Positions 17,821-25,699 of a stretch of DNA of 64,000 bases are shown here, piece after piece. The stretch covers positions 8,513 to 72,512 of the forward strand of contig JBOHUM010000029.1 of the NCBI GenBank assembly GCA_050734515.1. The letters are read 5' to 3'. Made by a program: the position numbers and the translations under genes. The notes under the pieces were generated by a model that worked only from the letters and a program-made list of their open reading frames with translations, was not told where the DNA came from and did not search any database. Each line of letters begins with the position of its first letter. The first letter of the stretch is position 1. The stretch is from Candidatus Dormibacteria bacterium. Its GTDB lineage: Bacteria; Chloroflexota; Dormibacteria; Aeolococcales; Bog-877.

Positions 17821-18018
17821 CTAGTGGGCCGATCGCCGTCCGACCAGCCAATAGGCGAGGGCTCCCAGGGTGTTCAGGGCGCTGGCAAGGCGCCACAGGC
17901 CCTGACTACCCCGCACCTGTTCCGGCGGGCGGCGGCCGAGGTCGCGCCAGGTGAACGCGACCACGGCGAGGTGGATGGGCAGGTAGCTGAGCAGTGCCCT
18001 GACGGACTTGTTGGTCAT
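17821..18018 (-). CDS. PLDc_N-like small membrane protein
   Basis: 65-aa product starting MTNKSVRALLSYLPIHLAVVAFTWRDL and ending ALAYWLVGRR. This resembles the short 'phospholipase_D-nuclease N-terminal' membrane micro-proteins. The upstream part of the track ORF is Pro/Arg-rich and non-protein-like. Confidence 0.5.
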   Translation of the reverse strand: MTNKSVRALLSYLPIHLAVVAFTWRDLGRRPPEQVRGSQGLWRLASALNTLGALAYWLVGRRSAH

Positions 18019-18199
18019 GGTGTTGCCTTCCGGGAATCGGTGGGATGTGGGTCCGGGCCGCCGGGGACGGAGGCGCCTGGCCCGAGGCTTGTCGGCGGCT
18101 TGGGGTGGCGATCCTGAACCGACGCCGCCTGGGCTTGGCACTTGGGAAAGTCGCTCCTCACCGGCCCGCACGGCGGCCGAGCTCGGCTGTGGGCCCGGC

Positions 18200-18607
18200 T
18201 CAGGCGCCGTCGGCACCGGGCGCCGGGCTCACCTGCACCGGACGATCGCTGCCGTTCTCCAGGAAGGGCAGCAGCTGGTCCGAGACCCCGATCTGCCGGA
18301 GCTTGGCCCAGCCCGCCTCGGGGGAAAGCTCGCAGCTGACCACGATGTCGTCCCCCACCACCACGATCTCCCACTCCAGCACCTCCAGGCGTCGCAGCAG
18401 GTCTGAGATCAGGGTGAGGCGGCTCTTGATTTCGTGGCCCACGGCGGCCAGGCGCACCGAAACCGGGATCCGGTCGGCGGAGGGCCGGTCGGGAAAGGCG
18501 AACGAGCGGACCTCGAAATAGGTCAGCAGCGAGATCGGGATCGGCTCCTTGGTCACGTGGGCGTACTCGGCCGCCGCCCGGGCGATGGGCCGCAGGACCA
18601 GCTTCAC
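18200..18607 (-). CDS. hypothetical protein (last gene of the bc/bd-like operon)
   Basis: A GTG at 18607 overlaps the stop of the upstream gene (GTGA). The 135-aa product (VKLVLRPIARAAAEYAHVTKEPIPISLLTYFEV…IVVVGDDIVVSCEL…) has a protein-like composition. The N-terminal 170 codons of the track ORF 18200-19120 are Arg/Pro-rich antisense artefact. Confidence 0.5.
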   Translation of the reverse strand: MKLVLRPIARAAAEYAHVTKEPIPISLLTYFEVRSFAFPDRPSADRIPVSVRLAAVGHEIKSRLTLISDLLRRLEVLEWEIVVVGDDIVVSCELSPEAGWAKLRQIGVSDQLLPFLENGSDRPVQVSPAPGADGA

Positions 18608-19998
18608 GGTCGGGTTGCCGGGGGCAGTATCACGCTCACGCTGGGCGGGCCCTGCATGGCGGGACCGGACTGGGATGGCGCCGAGAAGTTGCGCTGCTGG
18701 TTGATCAGCATCTGGTTGGTGATCAGGAACGGAGCACGGCTGTGCTCGCGTATGTAGCCCATCAGGGCCATGATCAGGCTGACCGCGACGCCCACGGTGA
18801 TCAGCGCCACCGCCTGCCCCTTGGTGGCGTCGCCCCAGCGCAGCCGGCCTCGGGAGACCTGGCGCAGGTAGATGGTGACGGCCACGATCGCCACCCCGGT
18901 GAAGACGGTCAGGGCGGTGAGCTTGAAGGGGATCATCGTTCCCCAGGGGATCTGCAAGCCGCCCTGCCAGATGGGCACGTTGGCGTTGGCGGCGAAGACG
19001 TCTTCGTAGCTCCACGACAGGGAAGCGGGGGTCGAGATCAGCAGCCAGGAGGCGAACGAGAGCGCGGTACAGACCGCCAGGGTGCGCGAGCGGAAGCCGC
19101 TGGCCCGGACCCGGCGCCACAGGTAGTAGATCCCCACGGTGAAGATCGCCCCCAGCAGAAAGACCTGGAAGAGGAAGGCGACGCTGAGGCCGCCCAGCAT
19201 CATGCTGTACCAGGCGGCGTAGGAGTGGAGTTGAACCTCCTTGGCGTACTCCCAGCCGATCAGGGGCTGGGCCAGGGTGAAGCCGATCGCGTAGATCAGC
19301 CCATAGTGGCCGATCCAGTCGCCGTAGGCTCGCTTCTCGCCGGTCTTGGAGATCAGGATCTTGACCCCCCCCGCCAGCGCCAGCAGCGCCCCGGCGAAGG
19401 CGATGTTGCCAACGAAGCGGTGAATCTCCAACGGGATCAGGGTGGGATTGAGCAGGTTGAGGGCCAGACTGGCCGCCGGGCGGGGGGTGAGCATGTAGGA
19501 GGCGACCACGTTGATGGCCAGCATCTGGATCGAGGCGTTGACGAACAGCAGCAGTTCGAGTCCGACCCGCAGCCCCCGCACCCGCTCTAGCTTGTCGAAG
19601 TTGGCGTAGACGGCGTAGAGGCAGATGATCTCGCCCACGAAGGCGAAGGCCTCCACCACCATCGGCCAGAACATGATCCGCAGCAGGGTCACGAAGAAGT
19701 GACTCCAGAGGCCGAGGAACAGGATCATGACGGCGAAGATCGCCAGGGCGGAGCCGAAGGCGAAGGTCGCCCCCAGAGCGGTCACCAGCTGCTTGGAGAA
19801 GCGGGTCTGGCGCTCGTCGTGCCGCTTCCAGCCGACGAAGTCGGTGACGGCCAGGATGATGTAGCCGCCCTGCTGCCAGGCGGCGAACTGGATGTGCACC
19901 AGCATCAGCAGCGCCACCAGCGCGGTGGCGACGCCGGTGGAGATGGGGAGCTTGACCAGGTGGGGGCTGCTGGCCAGCAGTAGCAGGCCGTCCCTCAC
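18604..19998 (-). CDS. cytochrome bd-type oxidase subunit I-like protein (CydA homologue 2)
   Basis: 464-aa polytopic membrane protein. It aligns to CydA helices 1-5. The His19 equivalent is MLVHIQF, the E99/E107 equivalents are PMVVEAFAFVGE, and the His186 equivalent is EIHRFVGNIAFAG. The Q-loop is short. Overlaps the cytochrome b stop by 4 nt. Confidence 0.7.
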   Translation of the reverse strand: MRDGLLLLASSPHLVKLPISTGVATALVALLMLVHIQFAAWQQGGYIILAVTDFVGWKRHDERQTRFSKQLVTALGATFAFGSALAIFAVMILFLGLWSHFFVTLLRIMFWPMVVEAFAFVGEIICLYAVYANFDKLERVRGLRVGLELLLFVNASIQMLAINVVASYMLTPRPAASLALNLLNPTLIPLEIHRFVGNIAFAGALLALAGGVKILISKTGEKRAYGDWIGHYGLIYAIGFTLAQPLIGWEYAKEVQLHSYAAWYSMMLGGLSVAFLFQVFLLGAIFTVGIYYLWRRVRASGFRSRTLAVCTALSFASWLLISTPASLSWSYEDVFAANANVPIWQGGLQIPWGTMIPFKLTALTVFTGVAIVAVTIYLRQVSRGRLRWGDATKGQAVALITVGVAVSLIMALMGYIREHSRAPFLITNQMLINQQRNFSAPSQSGPAMQGPPSVSVILPPATRP

Positions 19999-21221
19999 AG
20001 GTTGAAGAGCCGGTTCACGGCCAGCAGCGCTTCGAAGACGAGGAAAAGGACCGCGAAGAGCGCCGGAACCATCACCTCGGGGCGCCGCCAGGGTTCACGT
20101 GCCGGGCCCCGGTCGAGGAAGGGCACCAGGATCAGCAAGGTGGTGCCAATCCCGGGCAGGACGAAGACCCCGACCGGGATCATCCAGGCCTGGGGGAACT
20201 GGACCAGCAGTTGGTCAAGGGGCAGGAAGAACCACTCCGGAACCGGGACGTAGTTGAGGGCGGCAGGGTTGGCCGCCCGCTCCAGGGGTGCGCCCACCAC
20301 CACCGCCATGACGAACACGATCGCAACCAGCGCAAAGCTCAGCACGGCGTCCTTGAAGACCTGGGAGGGGAAGAAGTCGTCCAGGTCGACGGGGACCGCG
20401 TAGCCGGGGTCGGTGGGCACCGCCGGGTAGGGGTACTCGGCCTTGCTCATCCGGGCGGCCCGAGCCTCCTCGGTCTCCGTCTCCACTCCCTCGTAGTTCA
20501 CCCAGGAGCCGTGCTCGCCGTGGCGGCGGAGCAGGACCAGGTGGAGCAGGATCAGCGGCACCAGCAGGGCTGGCAGCAGCCAGATGTGGATGGCGAAGAA
20601 ACGGGTCAGGGTCTCCGGGCCCATCTGCGGGCCGCCCCGGAGGATGGCCTGGATCTGAGCGCCGAAGAGGGGGATGTAGTTGACGACGTGGGTGACCACG
20701 GTGGCGGTCCAGTAGGCGGCCTGGTCCCAGGGGAGCATGGCCCCGGTGATCCCCAGGCCCAGGACCAGAAGGAAGAGGATCACGCCCACGATCCAGTTGA
20801 GCTCGCGGGGCTTCTTGTAGGAGCCGCTGACGAAGGTCCGCAGCATGTGCATGCCGATCACCACGAAGAGCACGTAGGCGCCCCAGAGGTGCATGCCCCG
20901 GACGATGGCCGCGAACTCGTCGTGGCGCTCGATGTAGTTGAGGCTCCCCCAGGCCTCGGTGGTCGAGGGGACGTAGGTCCAGAGCAGGAACATCCCGGTG
21001 ACGATCTGGAGGACGATGATGATCAGGGTGGCGCTGCCCAGCGAGTAGGCCCAGGCCCCGCGCCGGGGAACCGCCTCGTAGAGGAGCTGGTGGGTCAGGT
21101 CCGAGACCCCCAGCCGCTCGTCCACCCAGCGGTAGGTGGCCGCCAGGGGGCGGGCCACCGGGCGGGTGAACTTGGCAAGCAGGTTGCTGCGCTCGACCCG
21201 CTCAGCCATTGGCCGCCTCAC
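19995..21221 (-). CDS. qcrB: cytochrome b (bc-complex, fused b6 + subunit IV type)
   Basis: 408 aa. Heme-ligand His pairs sit in helices B and D (GMHLWGAYVLF…HMLR; FFAIHIWLLPALL…HLVLL). PEW-like Qo motif (VPVPEWFFLP). Confidence 0.9.
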   Translation of the reverse strand: MRRPMAERVERSNLLAKFTRPVARPLAATYRWVDERLGVSDLTHQLLYEAVPRRGAWAYSLGSATLIIIVLQIVTGMFLLWTYVPSTTEAWGSLNYIERHDEFAAIVRGMHLWGAYVLFVVIGMHMLRTFVSGSYKKPRELNWIVGVILFLLVLGLGITGAMLPWDQAAYWTATVVTHVVNYIPLFGAQIQAILRGGPQMGPETLTRFFAIHIWLLPALLVPLILLHLVLLRRHGEHGSWVNYEGVETETEEARAARMSKAEYPYPAVPTDPGYAVPVDLDDFFPSQVFKDAVLSFALVAIVFVMAVVVGAPLERAANPAALNYVPVPEWFFLPLDQLLVQFPQAWMIPVGVFVLPGIGTTLLILVPFLDRGPAREPWRRPEVMVPALFAVLFLVFEALLAVNRLFNL

Positions 21222-21729
21222 CGGTGAGATTGTTGCGGACGTAGAGCGTGTTGCCCACCAGCTTGTGCTGGTAGCGGAAGAGCGGCCAGGGCGGCGGTCC
21301 GCCGATGTTGGTGCCGTCGATGCTGTAGAGCCCCCCGTGGCAGGGGCAGAGGAACTCCTGCAGGTTGAGGTCCCAATGGACGTCGCACTGCATGTGGGTG
21401 CAGATGTTGGAGAGGGTCAGCATCTGCACCTTGCCATTGAGGTTGAGCTTGACCACGTAGACGGTGCGCGGCACGGGCGGCACCTGCCAGCCCTCGTCGA
21501 TGGGCAGGTTGACCACGTAGGCGGTGGGGACGCCCACCGCCACCTGGCCGACGTCCGCCACCATCACCCAAGGGGTGCGCCGCCGGGCGAACACCGGGCT
21601 CAGCACCGAGCCCACGATCGGGGCGGCGATCAGCAGGGCGGTGCCGGCACCGGCGGCATTGATGCCCAGGAGCAGAAAGCGGCGGCGGGACATCCGCCGC
21701 CCGCCCGGCTGGCCGGGTTCCTCAGCCAC
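21202..21729 (-). CDS. qcrA: Rieske [2Fe-2S] protein with twin-arginine signal
   Basis: 175 aa. TAT motif SRRRFLLLG, one TM helix, and the Rieske boxes CTHMQC and CPCHGG. This is the short b6f-type length, not the ~400-aa three-TM actinobacterial QcrA. Confidence 0.9.
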   Translation of the reverse strand: MAEEPGQPGGRRMSRRRFLLLGINAAGAGTALLIAAPIVGSVLSPVFARRRTPWVMVADVGQVAVGVPTAYVVNLPIDEGWQVPPVPRTVYVVKLNLNGKVQMLTLSNICTHMQCDVHWDLNLQEFLCPCHGGLYSIDGTNIGGPPPWPLFRYQHKLVGNTLYVRNNLTGEAANG

Positions 21730-21955
21730 CCGCCAGGACCACGATCCCGACCAGGAGGGCCAGGCAAAGTCCGAGGATGAAGAGGAAGGTGTAGATCGAG
21801 GCCCCCACCGAGATCCAGGCCACCATCGGGTCGCCGCCGGCGGTGAGCCGGCGTACCCGCCTGGCCACCATCCTTATCCCCACCAGCATCAGGGCGAAGA
21901 AGCTGGCGATGAGCAGGCCCAGGTACCAGGAGGATTCGAAGTCCTGGTAGTTCAA
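21722..21955 (-). CDS. two-TM micro-protein (candidate small oxidase subunit)
   Basis: A TTG at 21955 overlaps the TGA stop of the upstream cydA-like gene (TTGA). The 77-aa product has two hydrophobic helices (SSWYLGLLIASFFALMLVGI; MVAWISVGASIYTFLFILGLCLALLVGIVVLAGG). It overlaps the Rieske start by 8 nt. An alternative start is the ATG at 21889. Confidence 0.45.
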   Translation of the reverse strand: MNYQDFESSWYLGLLIASFFALMLVGIRMVARRVRRLTAGGDPMVAWISVGASIYTFLFILGLCLALLVGIVVLAGG

Positions 21956-23241
21956 GGCTGGTAGCTCGGGGGGATGGTGAAGTTCTGGGCCGACTGATGC
22001 AGGCTGAGCAGGCAGCCTGGCTGGCCCTTGGCGGCGTCGATGCCACAGGGCAGCTTGGCGTTCTCCTTGATCACCCCCATATACAGGGAGAGGGCCAGGG
22101 CGCAGACCCCGACCAGGGCGATCGCTCGACCCGCCACCGGGGGGATCTGCAGGTCGGTACCCCGCCGCCGCAGCGAGCGGATGTAGAGCACCAGATTGGC
22201 GGCGGTGGCCAAGAACGCGATCAGCAGGGCAACGTAGCGCAGGGCCACCACCGAGCTGGGGATGATGCCCGCGGGCAGCACCGCCCCGGCCATCCCCAGC
22301 AGAGCGATCACGGTCAGGCTGCCTCCGCCGGCACCCTCGTGGTGGCGCCAGAAGACCAGGTTGGCCCCCAGCACCACCACCGCCAGCAGCACCACCTGGC
22401 CGATGAAGAGCGAGGCGGAGTTGAGCACGAAGAGGTTGTCGTAGACGGGGATGGCGCTGTTCTTGATCGACTCCGCGAGGATGAAGCCGGTGACCGGCTG
22501 GGCGAGCAGGAACACCGAGCCGATGGCGAAGTTGACCCGAGCCGCCCAGCGCTGGTAGGTGACCTCGGCCGGGTTGCGGGCCCGCCGCCCCCGCCAGATG
22601 GCGATCGCCGCCAGCAGCAGCGCCCCCCAGGAGAGGTTGGCGCCGGCGTAGTGGAGCAAGAGCCAGGGATAGCTCGGGGACCAGGGCGAGGCCACGGCGC
22701 TGCCGGGGTTGAGGGCGTAGCTGTCCAGCTGCACGATGAGGAAGAGGAAGGCGTACTGGAAGATGGCGAAGAGGAAGCCCACCGCCAGGTGCAGCTTGGC
22801 GCCCAAGCGATCCCATCCGTACACGTAGATGAGCAGCAAGGGGATGCCGACGAAGAAGCTGGCGAAGGCGATCGTGAGGGGCAGCAGCAGCTGGTTGAGC
22901 AGGGTCCCCACCAGCCGTCCGTAGAGGCCGGTCAGCAGCACCACGGCGAAGACCGCCCAGGTCGCCCCCAGGCTGTACAGGTAGAGCACCGAGTGAGCCA
23001 GGCGCCGGGCGTAGCGGAGGCACATCGGGTCGCCCCCCCGGCGTAGCCCCGCCAGCTCCATGAAGGGGGCCAGGCCGGAGGCGGCCAGGACGAAGCCCAC
23101 CAGGGCGATGTGGAGCAGGAAGACGGTGCCGATGGCCAGTTCCGCGCCCAGGGTCCCGAATGGCAGCCGCGGATTGGCGATCGCGAGCGAGGACACCAGC
23201 ACTTCGCCCCAATGCTGACGGCAGCGGCCACCCCAAGGCAA
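21952..23241 (-). CDS. cytochrome bd-type oxidase subunit I-like protein (CydA homologue 1)
   Basis: 429 aa. It has a CydA-like helix 1 His (FLLHIALVGF), a GWDRLG motif identical to the CydA helix 3/4 loop, and a second His (LLLHYAG). The E99/E107 positions are Thr/Val. There is no long Q-loop. The start may be an internal GTG near 23190. Confidence 0.7.
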   Translation of the reverse strand: MPWGGRCRQHWGEVLVSSLAIANPRLPFGTLGAELAIGTVFLLHIALVGFVLAASGLAPFMELAGLRRGGDPMCLRYARRLAHSVLYLYSLGATWAVFAVVLLTGLYGRLVGTLLNQLLLPLTIAFASFFVGIPLLLIYVYGWDRLGAKLHLAVGFLFAIFQYAFLFLIVQLDSYALNPGSAVASPWSPSYPWLLLHYAGANLSWGALLLAAIAIWRGRRARNPAEVTYQRWAARVNFAIGSVFLLAQPVTGFILAESIKNSAIPVYDNLFVLNSASLFIGQVVLLAVVVLGANLVFWRHHEGAGGGSLTVIALLGMAGAVLPAGIIPSSVVALRYVALLIAFLATAANLVLYIRSLRRRGTDLQIPPVAGRAIALVGVCALALSLYMGVIKENAKLPCGIDAAKGQPGCLLSLHQSAQNFTIPPSYQP

Positions 23242-23297
23242 CTCCCCAACTGCCGCGCTGCAGGCCCCCAGCCCCCGGCGCCCGGATAATCGCCGAG

Positions 23298-24251
23298 GTG
23301 CCCGAGCCCCTAGTCGTCGTCTACGGCGACGACCCCCACCTGGTGACCACTGAGGCCCTGCGGCTGCGCGACCAGCTCGCCCGAGAGCTGGGCTCGGAGC
23401 TGAGCCTGGAGGAGTTCCGGCGCAGCCGCGACCTCGACGCCATCGCCCAGAGCGTCGCCACCCCGCCCTTCCTCGCCCTGCGCCGGGTGGTGGTCCTCTG
23501 GGATCCCCCCCAACTGGAGGCGGGCCAGCGCGCCGACCGGGAAGCGGAGCGGCTGGCGACCTTGCTGGGGGAGCGCATGGAGACCACGGCGGTGGTGGTG
23601 GTGGGCCGGCAACCGGGAGCTGGCACCTCCGCGCTCCTACGCGCCCTCAAGGCCGCCGGCGCCGAGGTCCGGCGGCTGCAGCGGCCCCGCGGGCAGGAGC
23701 TCCGCCAGCACGTGCGCCGACGCTTGGAGGAGCGGCGGCTGCGCGTCGGCCGGGGAGTGCTGGAGCGACTGCTGGACGTGGCCGCCCGCGACATGGGGCA
23801 GCTGGAGCAAGAGCTGGAGAAGCTCGAGCTCTACACCGGGGGCTCGGCAGAGCTGGCCGACGGGGTGGGCCTGCAGCTGGTGACCGCCGCCCCCCCGACC
23901 GAGGTCTACCGGATCACCGACGCCCTCTTCGAGACCCCCCGGCGGCTGGGTGAGCGCCTGGCGCTGGCCCCGGAGCTGCCGCCGCCGCTGGTGGTGGGTG
24001 CGCTGGCCCGGGTGCTCCGGGATCTCATCGCCCTGGCCGACCCGGAGCAGGCCCCGAGCGACCTTCCCCGATGGAGACAGGAGAAGCTGCAAAACCAGCT
24101 CCACCGGGCCGGCCCCGCCCGCCTGCGCCGCTGGCTGGTGCAGCTGGCCGACCTGGACTGGGCGGCACGCACCGGGGCGATCGAACTCTCCGAGGGCTTG
24201 GCCGCCGTCCTGGCGGGGATGGCCACCGAGCTGGCCAGCGCCGCCGCCTGA
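23298..24251 (+). CDS. holA: DNA polymerase III delta subunit
   Basis: The GTG at 23298 gives VPEPLVVVYGDDPHLV, the typical HolA N-terminus. Domains I-III are conserved (RRVVVLWDPPQL…ELEKLELYTGG). The track's ATG at 23160 would overlap the divergent cydA-like gene. Confidence 0.8.
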   Translation: MPEPLVVVYGDDPHLVTTEALRLRDQLARELGSELSLEEFRRSRDLDAIAQSVATPPFLALRRVVVLWDPPQLEAGQRADREAERLATLLGERMETTAVVVVGRQPGAGTSALLRALKAAGAEVRRLQRPRGQELRQHVRRRLEERRLRVGRGVLERLLDVAARDMGQLEQELEKLELYTGGSAELADGVGLQLVTAAPPTEVYRITDALFETPRRLGERLALAPELPPPLVVGALARVLRDLIALADPEQAPSDLPRWRQEKLQNQLHRAGPARLRRWLVQLADLDWAARTGAIELSEGLAAVLAGMATELASAAA

Positions 24252-24254
24252 GGC

Positions 24255-24695
24255 TCAGGCCCCGGCCGCGTCCTTGCCGGCGGCGCGCCGCTGGCTGGCC
24301 GCGGTGCGCTCGGTCTTGGTTGCCGAGCGCCGGGTCTTGGCCGCCGCCGGCTTGCGCGCGGCCGCGGCCTTGGGCCGGGTGCCCCGCGCCGCCGGCCTGC
24401 TCTTGGCCACGGTGACGCGCTCCTCGCCGGCCAGGGCCGCCAGGTGCGCCTGGCGCATCAGGCGCGACTTGCGGCGGGCCGCGTTGCGGGGGTGGATGAT
24501 CCCGTGCTCGGCGGCCCGGTCGAGAGCCGAGACCGCCGCCCGCACCAGCTCGCCGGGACCAGCCTCAGATGGCGACTCGATCGCGCGCCTGACCTTGGCC
24601 ACCACGGTGCGCACCGAGGAGCGCACCCGGCGGTTGCGCTCGTGCTTGCGGGCGATCGAGCGGATGCGCTTGCGGGCAGAGGAGGAGTTGGCCAA
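24255..24695 (-). CDS. rpsT: 30S ribosomal protein S20 with Ala/Lys/Arg-rich C-terminal extension
   Basis: A TTG at 24695 gives (M)ANSSSARKRIRSIARKHERNRRVRSSVRT, the canonical S20 N-terminus. A ~55-aa basic tail follows (…AKSRPAARGTRPKAAAARKPAAAKTRRSATKTERTAASQRRAAGK). Convergent with holA. Confidence 0.85.
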   Translation of the reverse strand: MANSSSARKRIRSIARKHERNRRVRSSVRTVVAKVRRAIESPSEAGPGELVRAAVSALDRAAEHGIIHPRNAARRKSRLMRQAHLAALAGEERVTVAKSRPAARGTRPKAAAARKPAAAKTRRSATKTERTAASQRRAAGKDAAGA

Positions 24696-24796
24696 TGCTC
24701 TCCAGCGATGGGACCCGGCGTGGGTCCGCGGGCCGGCGAGTTGCCGGGCGGCGCTGAAGTATAGCAACGGCAGCGGCGGCGCCCCTCACCGCTAGA

Positions 24797-25699
24797 GTGG
24801 CGCCGATGTTGCGCTGGGGTCGGGCAGCGGCCAAGTTGAACCTGGCCCTGGAACTGCTGGGCCGGCGCGGCGACGGCTATCACCTGCTGGCCGCGGTCTC
24901 CCAGACGGTGGCCTGGAGCGACGTCGTTGGGGCGGAGCTGGGGGACGCCGCCGCGGGGCTTGCTCCGGAGCCTCCCCAGCTGACCGTCCTCGGGCCCCAG
25001 GCGGCGGGGGTGCCCCTGGGGGTCACCAACCTGGCGGTGCGGGCGGCTCTGCTCCTCCGCCAGCGGGGGTTGGGCCCGCCGGTGCGGCGCCTGGCCCTGG
25101 TGAAGCGCGTCCCCAGCCAGGCTGGCCTCGGAGGCGGTTCCGCCGACGCCGCCGCGGTGCTGCGCCTGGTGGGCGCCGACGCCTCCGCGGACGCTCTGCG
25201 GCAGCTGGCCCTGGAGTGCGGCGCCGACGTGCCCTTCAGCCTCCTGGGCGGAGCCGCTCTGGTAAGCGGGGTCGGCGAGGAGCTGAGCCCGCTGCCCTCC
25301 CTGGCCCAGGGGGTGTTCCTGGTCGCGGTGCTGGGCCGGGTGCCGACCGCCGCCGCCTACGCGGCCACCGTCCCCGCGGACTTCAGCAGCGGCGAGCGGG
25401 TGGCGGCGGTGGCCCAGGCTCTGCGCCAGGGCCTGGCGCCCCAAGCGGAGCTGCTGGGGAGCTCCCTGGAGCCGGCGGCGGTCCGAGCCGCCCCCCAACT
25501 CGGTCCGCAGCTGACCGCCTTGCGCCGGGCCACTCCCCAACAAGGCTGGGCGCTCACCGGCAGTGGCGGCGGCTGCTTCTGCTACCTGCCCCAGGCTCAG
25601 TTGGCGGCCGAGGTCGCCGACGCCGTTAGCCGGGCCCTCCCTGGCCTGGAGCTGCGGCTGCTACTCCCCGACCCCCGGGTGGCGGCGGTGAGAGGCTAG
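24797..25699 (+). CDS. ispE: 4-diphosphocytidyl-2-C-methyl-D-erythritol kinase
   Basis: GHMP kinase. N-terminal AKLNLALELLGRRGDGYHLL and the ATP loop PSQAGLGGGSADAAAVL. Confidence 0.85.
   Translation: MAPMLRWGRAAAKLNLALELLGRRGDGYHLLAAVSQTVAWSDVVGAELGDAAAGLAPEPPQLTVLGPQAAGVPLGVTNLAVRAALLLRQRGLGPPVRRLALVKRVPSQAGLGGGSADAAAVLRLVGADASADALRQLALECGADVPFSLLGGAALVSGVGEELSPLPSLAQGVFLVAVLGRVPTAAAYAATVPADFSSGERVAAVAQALRQGLAPQAELLGSSLEPAAVRAAPQLGPQLTALRRATPQQGWALTGSGGGCFCYLPQAQLAAEVADAVSRALPGLELRLLLPDPRVAAVRG

Noticed and set aside
16801-18116. The 10-mer ATCCTGAACC occurs at both 16802 and 18108.
   Set aside because: A single short exact repeat without flanking similarity. Most likely chance in 64 kb.
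21722-23236. 504-aa ORF overlapping cydA-like 1.
   Set aside because: Its first 430 codons are Arg/Pro/Gly-rich nonsense. Only its last about 77 codons, reported separately as the micro-protein, look real.
23242-23297. Possible Rex/redox-regulator operator upstream of the bc/bd-like operon.
   Set aside because: No TTGTGAA-N-TTCACAA-like inverted repeat or other clear palindrome is visible in the short divergent region.
24071-24795. ORFs 23950-24795 and 24071-24415 overlapping the holA 3' end and rpsT.
   Set aside because: Arg/Ala/Pro/Trp-rich antisense or offset frames. holA and rpsT explain the region.
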